Part shown: piece after piece, positions 18,060-28,543 of the stretch
Numbering within the stretch: position 1 is the stretch's first letter
How the letters are laid out: the number at the start of each line of letters is the position of its first letter
Assembly: GCA_963727625.1 (NCBI GenBank)
Contig: CAVSHR010000002.1
Span: 384,001 to 448,000 of the forward strand
Direction of reading: 5' to 3'
DNA length: 64,000 bases
Source of the DNA: an uncultured delta proteobacterium
GTDB taxonomy: Bacteria; Desulfobacterota; Binatia; UBA9968
Program-made: the position numbers and the translations under genes
The notes under the pieces: generated by a model
Told to the model about the DNA's origin: nothing
Databases searched by the model: none
What the model saw: the letters and a program-made list of their open reading frames with translations, nothing else

Positions 18060-19535
18060 ATGAACGAACTTCACTTTATCGACACCACGCTGCGCGACGG
18101 GCAGTTGAGTCTATGGGCGCTGGGGATGAAAACCGGCGCCATGCTCGCCATCGCCGAGCAGATGGATCGCTGCGGCTTTGAGTCGCTGGAATTCTTCGGC
18201 TTTGCCGGCTTCATCAAGTATGTGCGCGAGCACAAGGAAAACCCTTTCGATTGGATGCGCCTCGGCGCCAGGAAATTTCACCGCACCCGGCTGCGCTACC
18301 ACGGCGGCCTGGCGTCGGGTTTTGAAAAAGTGCCGCGCTCGGTGCGTAAGCTGATGATCGAGCGCATCGTCGCCCACGGCATTACCCTGACGCGATCTTC
18401 CGACCCGTGGAACGATTACGAGGTCGCCGCGAGAGAGAATAAGGATCTGGCCGAGCTTGGCATGGATGTCGTCATCAACATCATCTATTCGGTTTCGCCG
18501 CGCCATACCGACGAATACTACGCGCGCAAGGCGCGCGAGGCGGCGGCGATCAAGCCCTACCGCATCTGCTTCAAGGACGTGGCCGGCCTGCTGACGCCGG
18601 ATCGAGCGCAAACATTGATTCCGCTGATTCAAAAAAATATCGGCCCCGTGCCGCTCGAGTTTCACGCCCACTGCAACAACGGCCTGGCGCCGTTTAATTA
18701 TCTCGAAGCGGTCAAGCTCGGCGTCGACACGTTGCACACGGCGATCCCGCCGCTGGCGAACGGCTCGGCGCAGCCGTCGATTTTCAACGTCGCCGCCAAC
18801 GCCTGCGCGCTCGGTTTCAAACCGCTCGTCGATCTCGAAGCGGTCAAGCCGGTCGAAAACCATTTTACTTACATCGCCAGGCGCGAAGGCCATCCGATCG
18901 GCGCCCAGCGCGAATACGACCACGCGCAGTATTTGCATCAAGTCCCGGGCGGGATGATTTCCAACTTGCGCTACCAGCTCCGCGCGATGGGGATGGAGAA
19001 TAAACTTGCCGAGACGTTGGAGGAATGCGGCCGTGTGCGCGCCGAGTTCGGTTATCCAATCATGGTCACGCCGCTGGCTCAGTTTGTCGGCAGCCAGGCC
19101 GCTATCAACATCATCACCGGCGAGCGCTACAAAGAGGTGACCGATCAATCGATCCAGTACGCGCTCGGCCACTGGGGCAAGGAAGCGCCGCTGGTGATGG
19201 AGGCCAGCGTCAAAGACAAGATTATCAGCCGCCCGCGTGCCAAAGAGTGGGTGAAGTGGACGCCGCCCGATCTCACGCTGAATGAAGTGCGGCAAAAGTT
19301 CGGCGGGCCGGGTGTAACTGATGAAGAGCTGGTCTTGCGCGTAATTGCGGGCGAGGCCGCGGTGAAGACTATGCTTGCCGCCGGCGCGCCGAAGGAATAT
19401 CTGAGCGCCGGCCAACCGCTGCTAAGGTTGATCGGCGAGCTGGCCAACCGCCGAGATTGCCGTCAAGTTTACATTCAAAAAAATGGCTTTACGCTGAGGC
19501 TGGAAAAAAGCGCCAAGCCATCGGAAAGAATTTAG
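18060..19535 (+). CDS. Pyruvate/oxaloacetate carboxyltransferase subunit (PycB/OadA-like), no biotinyl domain
   Basis: DTTLRDGQLSL, CFKDVAGLLTP, FHAHCNNG, HQVPGGMISNL, GYPIMVTP. Confidence 0.88.
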   Translation: MNELHFIDTTLRDGQLSLWALGMKTGAMLAIAEQMDRCGFESLEFFGFAGFIKYVREHKENPFDWMRLGARKFHRTRLRYHGGLASGFEKVPRSVRKLMIERIVAHGITLTRSSDPWNDYEVAARENKDLAELGMDVVINIIYSVSPRHTDEYYARKAREAAAIKPYRICFKDVAGLLTPDRAQTLIPLIQKNIGPVPLEFHAHCNNGLAPFNYLEAVKLGVDTLHTAIPPLANGSAQPSIFNVAANACALGFKPLVDLEAVKPVENHFTYIARREGHPIGAQREYDHAQYLHQVPGGMISNLRYQLRAMGMENKLAETLEECGRVRAEFGYPIMVTPLAQFVGSQAAINIITGERYKEVTDQSIQYALGHWGKEAPLVMEASVKDKIISRPRAKEWVKWTPPDLTLNEVRQKFGGPGVTDEELVLRVIAGEAAVKTMLAAGAPKEYLSAGQPLLRLIGELANRRDCRQVYIQKNGFTLRLEKSAKPSERI

Positions 19536-19651
19536 CCAGCCGATCACATATGTTCCGGACACCTCCCGCTTCGGTTGACATGCCAGCATGCCATTGGATA
19601 CTCTCCGATCGCGCGCGGAAGCATAGGTCTAGCGTTTAAAAGGGGGCAAGT

Positions 19652-21814
19652 ATGACCAAGGTAAAAGCGTTGTACTGGAGCGTTGCCATCATCGCTGTCG
19701 CCGCGTTCTTGGCGGTTATGCCAAGTCCTCTGAGCAGCCAGCAGGGTGGCACAGTAAGCGTCGACAGTAACGATATCGGCGGCGTGGTCACCAGCTCCAA
19801 AGGACCGGAAGCCGGCGTCTGGGTGATCGCCGAGACTACCGACCTGCCTACCAGGTTTGCGAGAATGGTGGTGACCGATGATCGCGGGCGCTACGTACTG
19901 CCCGATCTACCCAAGGCTCATTACAGTATCTGGGTGCGCGGTTACGGATTGGTCGATTCGCCGAAGCTCAAAGCGACACCCGGCAAGAATCTCAATTTAA
20001 AGGCAGTGCTCGCGCCCAATGATGCAGCTGCGGCGCAATACTATCCGGCAATCTATTGGTATTCGATGCTCAAAATACCCGACAAGGGCGAGTTCGGCGG
20101 AAAGGGCACGATTCCGGCGAAGATCACCCAGACCCAATGGGTGAATACGATGAAGAGCAACGGCTGTATCGGGTGCCATCAGTTGGGTCAGCTTTCGACC
20201 CGCACCTTTCCGAAAAATGTGCCGCATCCCATCAATATGAAAACATCCCAGGAAGCGTGGTTTCGCCGCATCCAGTCCGGTCAATCCGGCGAGTCGATGT
20301 TCGGCACGATGGTCAAACAAATGGGCGGGGCGCCGATTCGCTACCTTGCGGAGTGGACCGACCGCATCGCCAAGGGTGAGTTGCCTCATACCAAGCCGGC
20401 CCGGCCCCAAGGCGTTGAGCGCAACATAGTCGTGACTACGTGGGATTGGCTCGATGAAAAACATTATCTTCACGACTTGATCGCCTCGGATCGCCGCAAC
20501 CCGACGGTCAATGCCTACGGTCCCCTTTACGGCTCCGCAGAGTACAGCACCGACATGATTCCGATCCTCGATCCGGTTAAAAACACCGCCGAACGCATCG
20601 TCGCGCCGGTTCGCGATGCCAATACACCGGAAGCGCTGGGGCCGGGTCACGCGGCAAGCGATAAAATCATGCAACCTTCGCCTTACTGGGGTCAGGAGAA
20701 AATCTGGGACACCAAGGCTAACAATCACAACGGCATGTTCGACAAGAAGGGGCGGGTGTGGTTTGCGGCGAGGTTTCGCGACGCCAAGAATCCGGACTTC
20801 TGCAGAAAGGGCTCCGATCATCCTTCGGCCAAGCTCTTCCCGCTCGAGCGCACCAACCGTCAGATTACGATGCTTGATCCCAAGACCGGGCAGTACACCT
20901 TCGTCGACACCTGCTTCCAGACCCATCATTTGCAATTTGGTTACGACGCCAACGACACGCTGTGGACCAGCGGCGGTAGAACGGTGGTCGGCTGGATTAA
21001 CACCAAGATGCTCGATGAGACCGGCGACATCGCCAAGTCGCAGGGCTGGACCGCACTCGTTCTTGACACTAACGGCAACGGCAAGCGTGACGAATACGTC
21101 GAACCCAATCAACCGGTGGACCCAAGAAAAGACAAGCGCATCGTCGCGGGTTTTTACGCCGTGATGCCGAGCCCGGTCGACGGCTCGATCTGGGGATCTT
21201 GGCGCAGCAATCCGGGAGCTGTCGTACGAGTCGCTCCGGGAAGCAATCCGCCCGAGACGGCGCTCGCGGAAATTTACAAGGTGCCGCCGCCGGCATTCGG
21301 GCCGCGCGGCGGCGACATCGATCGCAACGGTGTGGTCTGGGTATCACTTGCCAGCGGCCATCTCGGCAGCTTCGACCGGAGAAAGTGCAAAGGCCCGCTA
21401 AATGGTCCGAAGGCAACCGGGGATCATTGTCCCGAGGGGTGGACGTTTTACAAATATCCCGGTCCCGGATTCGAGGGGATCGGTGATAACAGCGCGGAGT
21501 CGAGTTACTACACTTGGGTCGATCAGCACAACACGTTCGGCCTCGGCGAGAACGTGCCGATGTCGACCGGCAACTTGAACGACGGCCTGATCGCCATGAA
21601 GGACGCCAAGATGGTCGTGCTGCGCGTGCCCTATCCGATGGGCTTTTACGCCAAAGGGTTCGACGGACGCATCGACGATCCGAAGGCCGGTTGGAAGGGG
21701 CGCGGCTTGTGGACCACGAGCGGCGATCGTACGCCGTGGCTGAAGGAAGGCGGCAAGGGGAGAACGCCGATGGTTGTGCACTTCCAACTGCGCCCCAATC
21801 CGCTGGCGAAGTGA
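19652..21814 (+). CDS. Secreted carboxypeptidase-regulatory-like domain protein with one c-type heme and a beta-propeller
   Basis: Signal peptide; GPEAGVWVIAET..TDDRGRY; CIGCH; propeller-like C-terminus. Confidence 0.85.
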   Translation: MTKVKALYWSVAIIAVAAFLAVMPSPLSSQQGGTVSVDSNDIGGVVTSSKGPEAGVWVIAETTDLPTRFARMVVTDDRGRYVLPDLPKAHYSIWVRGYGLVDSPKLKATPGKNLNLKAVLAPNDAAAAQYYPAIYWYSMLKIPDKGEFGGKGTIPAKITQTQWVNTMKSNGCIGCHQLGQLSTRTFPKNVPHPINMKTSQEAWFRRIQSGQSGESMFGTMVKQMGGAPIRYLAEWTDRIAKGELPHTKPARPQGVERNIVVTTWDWLDEKHYLHDLIASDRRNPTVNAYGPLYGSAEYSTDMIPILDPVKNTAERIVAPVRDANTPEALGPGHAASDKIMQPSPYWGQEKIWDTKANNHNGMFDKKGRVWFAARFRDAKNPDFCRKGSDHPSAKLFPLERTNRQITMLDPKTGQYTFVDTCFQTHHLQFGYDANDTLWTSGGRTVVGWINTKMLDETGDIAKSQGWTALVLDTNGNGKRDEYVEPNQPVDPRKDKRIVAGFYAVMPSPVDGSIWGSWRSNPGAVVRVAPGSNPPETALAEIYKVPPPAFGPRGGDIDRNGVVWVSLASGHLGSFDRRKCKGPLNGPKATGDHCPEGWTFYKYPGPGFEGIGDNSAESSYYTWVDQHNTFGLGENVPMSTGNLNDGLIAMKDAKMVVLRVPYPMGFYAKGFDGRIDDPKAGWKGRGLWTTSGDRTPWLKEGGKGRTPMVVHFQLRPNPLAK

Positions 21815-21833
21815 AAAAAGGCGTGAGCCGCGA

Positions 21834-21895
21834 GGCGTGAGTTAAGGAACGATCCGTTCCAGAACTTTCAGGATCGGATCGTCTTAACTCGCGTC
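21834..21895. repeat. Long intergenic hairpin (terminator or REP-like)
   Basis: GGCGTGAGTTAAG..ACGATCCG / CGGATCGT..CTTAACTCGCGTC. Confidence 0.6.
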
Positions 21896-22009
21896 CGACG
21901 TTGGCCGTCTTACTATTGATGAGGTCAAGGGAGCAGATTAAGTAGCTAAGCTCGGCTGATTCGCGAACAGCGCGAAGCCGGTGCATCTGCCTGCAGAAAG
22001 GTCGTATAC

Positions 22010-23725
22010 ATGCCGAAGATCGCGCTCAACAATGTAACGGTATCCGACGCCTATATGGCGCTGCTCGCCGACCGCGGTATCGACTACTGGTTTGCCAACG
22101 CCGGGACGGATTTCGCGCCGGTGGTGGAGACTTTGGCGAAGGCTCAAGTGTTGGAAACGAAAGTGCCGACACCGATCACCTGCCCGCACGAGAATACCGC
22201 CATGCATATGGCGATCGGTTATTTTCTCGTCACCGGTAGGCCGCAGGCGGTGATGGTGCATGTCAATGTCGGTACGGCCAACGGCATGAACGGCTTGCTC
22301 AACGCGGCGCGCGGTCATGTGCCGATGCTGTTCACGGCGGGGCGTACACCGACCAACGAAGACGGCTTGCCCGGCCATCGCAGCCTCGACATTCATTGGA
22401 CCCAGGAGATGTACGATCAAGCCGGTATGCTGCGAGAGTCGGTTAAATGGGACTACGAGTTGCGCAACGGCCAGCAGCTCGAAACCGTCGTCGACCGCGC
22501 GCTCAGCATTACCAAAAGCGAACCGATGGGTCCGGTCTATCTTTCGCTGCCGCGCGAAGTGCTGGCGCAACCGATGAGTGAATTCACCTACTCGACGCCG
22601 TCGCGCCAGCATCCGGCCGCGCCGGCCTGTCCCAACGGCGCTGCCGCGGAAGAAGCGGCGGCGCTGATCGCCAATGCGGGAAATCCGTTGATTATTACCA
22701 ATTCGGCCGGTCGAGATCCCAAGGCGTGGACGGCGCTCGGCGAATTCGCCGAGCGTTACGCGATACCGGTAATTCAGTATCGTAACCGATACATATCGCT
22801 CCCGAGCAATCATCCGATGAATTTAGGGTACGAATTGAATCCGCTGCTCGGCAACGCCGACGTGATTCTGGCCATCGATATCGCGGTGCCGTGGCTGCCG
22901 GCGAGCGACAAGGTGCGCGCCGATGCCAAGGTCATTCATATGGCGCCCGACCCTTTGCATGGCTACGTGCCGGTCCGCGGCCATCCCTGCGACATCGCGC
23001 TGGCCTGCTCGACTGCCGAAGGCTTGCGCGTGTTGAACGAGACCATGGCCGAACATGAAGCGAGAGCAAAGGTACGCATCGATAGGCGCCGCGCCACGAT
23101 CGCCGAGGCGTGGAAAACCCTGCGCGACGGATGGCGCAAGAATCTCGAGTCGGCGAAAGACAAATCGCCGATACATCCGGCGTGGATCACGCACTGCATC
23201 AATGAAATCAAAGGCAAGGACACGATCGTGATCAAAGAATCGCCGCTGACGCAGGAGCATATCGATTTCTCCCGGCCGGCGACGTTATTCAATGCCGGTG
23301 CTGCTTCCGGGCTCGGCCACGGCCTGGGCTGCGCGCTGGGCGCCAAGCTGGCTGCGCGCGATCGCCTGGTCATTGGTACCCACGGCGACGGCTCGTACAT
23401 GTTCGGCAATCCGATCTCGGCGCACTATGTCGGCGCGGAGCAGGAGCTGCCGGTGCTGACAGTGCTGTTCAACAATCAGCGTTGGCAGGCGGTGCGCCGT
23501 GCCACGGTTGGGCTCAATCGCGACGGTTACGCGGCCAAGAGCCCGCACCAACCGATCACGTTCCTCGACAGCATCTCGAATTATCATAAGGCAGTGGAAT
23601 GCGCCGACGGTTACGGCGAGAAGGTTACTGATGCGAATCAAGTGCTGTCGGCGCTGGAGCGCGGTCTCAAAGCAGTCACGGTCGAGAAACGCCAGGCAGT
23701 GATCAATGTGATCTGTTCGGCGTAA
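22010..23725 (+). CDS. Thiamine pyrophosphate-requiring enzyme (acetolactate synthase-like family)
   Basis: NAGTDF, PHENTA, GDGSYMFG..NN TPP motif. Confidence 0.92.
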   Translation: MPKIALNNVTVSDAYMALLADRGIDYWFANAGTDFAPVVETLAKAQVLETKVPTPITCPHENTAMHMAIGYFLVTGRPQAVMVHVNVGTANGMNGLLNAARGHVPMLFTAGRTPTNEDGLPGHRSLDIHWTQEMYDQAGMLRESVKWDYELRNGQQLETVVDRALSITKSEPMGPVYLSLPREVLAQPMSEFTYSTPSRQHPAAPACPNGAAAEEAAALIANAGNPLIITNSAGRDPKAWTALGEFAERYAIPVIQYRNRYISLPSNHPMNLGYELNPLLGNADVILAIDIAVPWLPASDKVRADAKVIHMAPDPLHGYVPVRGHPCDIALACSTAEGLRVLNETMAEHEARAKVRIDRRRATIAEAWKTLRDGWRKNLESAKDKSPIHPAWITHCINEIKGKDTIVIKESPLTQEHIDFSRPATLFNAGAASGLGHGLGCALGAKLAARDRLVIGTHGDGSYMFGNPISAHYVGAEQELPVLTVLFNNQRWQAVRRATVGLNRDGYAAKSPHQPITFLDSISNYHKAVECADGYGEKVTDANQVLSALERGLKAVTVEKRQAVINVICSA

Positions 23726-24111
23726 CGGTTTTTTGAAAATTTCGTCGAGAGTCCGTCGTCGCCAAGCCGGAATCAAGGGTGAAAATTTGGAGTTCAGCGC
23801 CGGCGCAGAGGGGCTATGAATTGGGTTTTGTGCTCTTTATGCATCGCGAGAGGGTCGAGCAGTTTTCTGCTGCGACACCGGATTCACAAAGCGGACGCGC
23901 TGACCTTTCCGCAATTGAAAAACGGATTTGCGCGGGTAGCTCAAGAGATTTTGCCAGCTAAAAGGATTGCCTCACGTAATCGCTCGACCTTCCGGCGGTC
24001 AATTTTCATTGCCTCGCAAGCCGACCTTCCCCGACTCAGCAGGACGGTTTCAGCCCTGCGCTCGACGACGCTTAGCCTTGGCGATTCGAGCGCCGCAATT
24101 CGCGCAATTGA

Positions 24112-24480
24112 TTATCTCGCCATGGTTTTGCGATGGCGCGCCGCGCCCATATGGCCGAGCCCGATTGTTGAAACTCCGAGCAGGGGATGAATGATCTGGA
24201 TGACCCAGTGAAAGTCGCCGACCAGCAATGACGACTGGATCATGCCGAGGCCGGCCGTGAGTGCGCCGACGATCAATGCAACTACGGCGATGATCCAGCT
24301 GCCGCCTTTAGAGAGCGCCTGGGCGACGCCGACCACCCAGAGCGCGCCGACCGCCAGCAGGCCGAGCAGCATGTGCATGGAAACCAAATTCAAGGCGGCG
24401 CTGAACCAGAAGAACAGGCCCAAGATCAGCGCGAGTATTCCGGCCAGACTCAATACGACCGATGCGATACGAATCACCAT
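24112..24480 (-). CDS. Small 4-TM membrane protein
   Basis: Four hydrophobic helices with His residues (HMLLG, HPLLG); AGAGGAGG RBS. Confidence 0.75.
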   Translation of the reverse strand: MVIRIASVVLSLAGILALILGLFFWFSAALNLVSMHMLLGLLAVGALWVVGVAQALSKGGSWIIAVVALIVGALTAGLGMIQSSLLVGDFHWVIQIIHPLLGVSTIGLGHMGAARHRKTMAR

Positions 24481-24657
24481 AGCGATAAAATCTCCTCCTC
24501 TGTCGATCATGACGCTGCAAGACGGTGCGTCCGAAATGGGAACTCATAAAACGGCGGATCGATCGATTAAACAGCGTTCAAGTGCTTGCTGATTGTGTTA
24601 GCAGATTTCTCAGCGGATCACGATGGCGACGCAACCGCGGTTCTTAGCTCGGTTCGA

Positions 24658-26262
24658 TCATTTTGTGCCGCGCGCTGCGGCGGACGAATCTGCTTCTTGG
24701 AGATCCTCGCTTTCTCCCGATTCGAGATTGAGCAAGCGGGCGTCTATGTCGGCAAGAAGTTTTTCATAGACTGTTTGGCTCAGCACTCCTTGATGGAAGG
24801 CATCGATGATTTCTTCTTTCTCTGCGAGCAACAGATGGCGACGCGCCCATTGGGTTTCCTCCTCGTGGATTTCCCTCCGCTCAATGTGAAACTCATTAAG
24901 TTTCGCCCGGTCCTGTTCCCTTTGCTGCTCGTACTCGCGGCGCAGATCGGCGAGCACTTCCGGGCGGGTGAAATGGACATGGGACATGCGGTCTAGCTCC
25001 TGCAGTGCGGCGTTGGCCGCTTGGAGCTTGCCACGAGTGAACTCGTAGAGCGCTCTTTCCTCATGGCCGCGCACGATGCCGAGCCAACGCAGCAGCGGCG
25101 ACATCGTTAAGCCGTGAACGAGAATGGATAAGATGACGACGCCGAAGGTCATTGAAACCAGCAATTGGCGGTGCGGAAATTCATCCGGCAAGCTCAGTAC
25201 GAGGACCATGGGCAAACCGCCGCGCAGGCCTCCCCAGATCAATACAACGCTCCACGCCCATGAAATTCGTTCTTTCGTCCTGCGTAGCAGCAACCAGGCG
25301 GTGAAGATCACAAAAGTGCGGCCCAGGATGACGATCAGGTAGGCGACTAATATTGCCTGCCACGAAGCGAGTAACTCTTGAAAATTCACTTCCAGACCGA
25401 TCAGAAGAAAGACGATCGAGTTGAGTGCAAAAGCGACGTATTCCCAGAAGGTTTCCACTGCGATGCGCGTGGAGGGTGACATGCCGACGCGCGCGGCGTA
25501 GTTGCCGCAGAGCATGCCCGCCGAAACGGTGGCAATCACGCCTGAGTACCCGAAGTGCTCAGCGGCGAGAAACGAGCCGTAAGCGACGATCGTCGTCAGC
25601 GCGATCTCGATCATCGGATCGTCCACCCGTTTGACGATTTGCGCGACGGTTAGGCCGATGGCAATACCGACGAATGCGCCGAGACCGACGATCTTGACAA
25701 AATCGAGAGCCAGATCCTGGGCGGTTACCACCGCGCCGTTGATGAGGGCGAGGCTCAGGGTGAAAAAAACGATCGCGGTGCCGTCATTGAGCAAGCTCTC
25801 GCCGTCGAGCAGCATGGAAAGCCGCTTCGGCACGCCGAGGGATTTAAAAATCGCGATCACCGCGATGGGATCGCTGGCGGCGATCAGTGCGCCGAACACC
25901 AGCGCGTTTTTCCAGGTGAAGCCCTGGACGAAATGCAGCGTATTGGCGACCGGAGTCAAGATCACGGCCGTCAACGCGATCGCCACCACAACACCGGGTA
26001 GGGCCAGTGAGGAAATAGCGAGGCGGTTGCGCCAAAACTGCGTAAAGTCGATGTGAAACGCCGCCTCAAAAAGCAAGCCCGGCAGGAAAACATTGAACAA
26101 CAGCGCCTTGGTTAGATGGGGGGCCTCGAAGGCATTTAGCAGTCCCAGGCCGAGTCCCGTGAGTACCAACGCCACCGTGTATGGAATCGCGAGCCGCTGC
26201 ACGGCGATGGCGACCATCGTGGCGACCATGAACAGGACAATAAAAATAATTTCCGTTTCCAT
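24658..26262 (-). CDS. CPA1 family Na+/H+ antiporter
   Basis: FLPGLLFEAA, SDPIAV, DGESLLNDG, WGGLRG. Confidence 0.93.
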   Translation of the reverse strand: METEIIFIVLFMVATMVAIAVQRLAIPYTVALVLTGLGLGLLNAFEAPHLTKALLFNVFLPGLLFEAAFHIDFTQFWRNRLAISSLALPGVVVAIALTAVILTPVANTLHFVQGFTWKNALVFGALIAASDPIAVIAIFKSLGVPKRLSMLLDGESLLNDGTAIVFFTLSLALINGAVVTAQDLALDFVKIVGLGAFVGIAIGLTVAQIVKRVDDPMIEIALTTIVAYGSFLAAEHFGYSGVIATVSAGMLCGNYAARVGMSPSTRIAVETFWEYVAFALNSIVFLLIGLEVNFQELLASWQAILVAYLIVILGRTFVIFTAWLLLRRTKERISWAWSVVLIWGGLRGGLPMVLVLSLPDEFPHRQLLVSMTFGVVILSILVHGLTMSPLLRWLGIVRGHEERALYEFTRGKLQAANAALQELDRMSHVHFTRPEVLADLRREYEQQREQDRAKLNEFHIERREIHEEETQWARRHLLLAEKEEIIDAFHQGVLSQTVYEKLLADIDARLLNLESGESEDLQEADSSAAARGTK

Positions 26263-26444
26263 GACAGCGACAAATTTATATCAACCTTTTATCTATTGTA
26301 AGATGATATGCCGCGAATCGGTTAAACTTCTGTTGACCCTCAATTTTAGATGAGCAGTCGGTTCTGACAGATTCACTTGCCACTCCATGCAAAAGGTCGA
26401 TTCTTGACCAGTTTTGCGCACATATAGTAGGATACTCCCGACTC

Positions 26445-27119
26445 ATGAGTCCGATAAAAGTCGTTATCGCCGATGACCATGTGTTATTTCGCGAAGGTCT
26501 GAAGCGGATACTTTCTTTGGAAAAAGATATCCTGGTTGTCGGCGAAGCGGCCAGTTGCGCCGAGGCCGTTGAAAATACCGTACGGATGCGGCCGGATGTC
26601 CTGCTCATGGATCTCAAGATGCCGGCCGGGGACGCGGTCGAATCGCTGGTTAAGATCGGCGAAAAAAGTCCCGCGACTAAAGTGATGATTCTCACCGCCC
26701 ATTCGGAAGACGAGAGCGTTTTGAGTACGGCGAAAAACCGCGCGCGCGGTTATGTTCTCAAAGGAATATCTGTGCCGACCCTGATCCAGGCAATCAAGAA
26801 AGTCAACGCGGGGGAGATATGGGTGGACCCGGAAGTCCCGGCCGGAGTCGATTTCGAGCGCATTGCAAAAGGCTTGACGCTGGATGTGGGCCCGCCGGCG
26901 AATGAAATTCTGAACAGCTTGACCAAACGCGAGCTGGAAATATTAAATTTGGTTGCCGAGGGTTTGTCGAACGAGGAAATCGGCAAAAAAGTTTTCATCA
27001 GCAAAAAGACAGTCAAGACCCACCTGACCAACATTTTCGACAAGTTGCAAGTCAACAATCGTTTCAAGGCCGCTCTCTTGGTCATGCCCAACTGGAAGAA
27101 GCCTAGCGCATCGAAATAG
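26445..27119 (+). CDS. NarL/LuxR family response regulator (no kinase nearby)
   Basis: IADDH, LMDLKMP receiver; LTKRELEIL..GLSNEEI..TVKTH HTH. Confidence 0.93.
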   Translation: MSPIKVVIADDHVLFREGLKRILSLEKDILVVGEAASCAEAVENTVRMRPDVLLMDLKMPAGDAVESLVKIGEKSPATKVMILTAHSEDESVLSTAKNRARGYVLKGISVPTLIQAIKKVNAGEIWVDPEVPAGVDFERIAKGLTLDVGPPANEILNSLTKRELEILNLVAEGLSNEEIGKKVFISKKTVKTHLTNIFDKLQVNNRFKAALLVMPNWKKPSASK

Positions 27120-27321
27120 GCAATAAGTAGCTCCCCAGTTCCAACCGCGCGCAAGTGAGCGGCGGCTCCGGCCGCGGGCATCGGCGTGAATGAATTTTTA
27201 CCTTCTGCCGCGGGCAGTGCAGGCGAGTCGTCGATCGCCTTGCGCCGCGCTTAAGGTTCCTTGACGGTTCGTCTCGTAGTCGGTAACCTCACTGGACCCT
27301 AAAGAGAATCAGGCAAATCCG

Positions 27322-28059
27322 ATGGTTTCATCTTTTCTGCGATCCGATCTGGCCCCGACGGGCAAAATCCGAGTTGGAATCAACTATGGCAATCCGGTGC
27401 TCGCATCCAAGAATCTATCCAGCGGCGAGCTCTCCGGTGTGGCGGTCGATCTCTCGCGCGAGCTTGGTCGGCGCGTTGAACTGACGGTAGAGCTCGTGGG
27501 CTACGACGCGGCGGGAAAGATGTTCGACGCGGTGAAAACCGGGGCTTGGGACATCGCGTTTCTCGCAGTCGATCCGGGACGGGCCGGCGAGATCGATTTC
27601 ACCGCGCCTTATATCGAAATAGAAGGGACGTATCTTGTGCCTCCCGGATCGCCGTTTCGCGCCGTCGAGGAAGTCGACCGCGCCGGCGTACGCATCGGCA
27701 TATCGGCCAAGAGCGCCTATGATTTGTATTTGAGCCGCTCGATCAAGCAGGCCGAATTGGTGCGCGCATCCGGTCCCAATGCCGCATTTGAACTACTTCT
27801 AGAAGGCAAAGTGGACGTGGTCGCGGGCGTACGCCAACATCTCGATGCCAGCACGGCCAAGCTTGCCGGCGCGCGGGTGTTCGACGGCCGTTTCATGGCG
27901 ATTCAACAAGCGCTCGGTATCCAAAAAGGCCGCGCAGAAAGCGCTAAATACCTGCGCTCATTCATCGAAGATGTGAAAGCCTCGGGATTTGTCGCTCAGG
28001 CGATCGAAAAATCCGGCGTGCGCGGCGTTTTGGTTGCGCCTCCGGCTGCGCTTGACTAG
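27322..28059 (+). CDS. Family 3 (polar amino acid) solute-binding protein
   Basis: LAPTGKIRVGIN, WDIAFLA, IDFTAPY. Confidence 0.85.
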   Translation: MVSSFLRSDLAPTGKIRVGINYGNPVLASKNLSSGELSGVAVDLSRELGRRVELTVELVGYDAAGKMFDAVKTGAWDIAFLAVDPGRAGEIDFTAPYIEIEGTYLVPPGSPFRAVEEVDRAGVRIGISAKSAYDLYLSRSIKQAELVRASGPNAAFELLLEGKVDVVAGVRQHLDASTAKLAGARVFDGRFMAIQQALGIQKGRAESAKYLRSFIEDVKASGFVAQAIEKSGVRGVLVAPPAALD

Positions 28060-28543
28060 CGCGGCGCCGAGATATCCACGCTCCTCTCCAGACCGTGACC
28101 TGCGGCGGTTAAAGTCACGGGATCGACAGACGATATTCTTCCCTTGGTTCGCGCGAACTCATCGCGCTCGATTTTGGCAATTCGAATCTTCCGGCGCTTT
28201 TGCGCTTGTCCGCAGGTTCCCAAAGGAAGAACCTGAAGTCATCAGAAAATTTTTCGGTCGCAGAGATCGCACATAGCCGGGTAGGTCGCTTTGGGCCGGA
28301 CTCATGGAATGAGGCGATTTCTGCCGTTTTCGTCCCCCTTGACCGAAACCTTGCGTATTTATAGGGTGGCGCAGATCCGTTGCGGCGGCTACTCGCTTCA
28401 TTGATCCAACCTCGTCCGACAGAGTCTCCTCCAACGGATCGGCGGCAATTCAATTCAAAAGCGGCTCGGCTGTTTTTGGTTTCTCGCGGAACGCGATTCG
28501 AATCGAGCAATTTCTGCCCCCAAACGATGCAGGAGGAGGAAAA

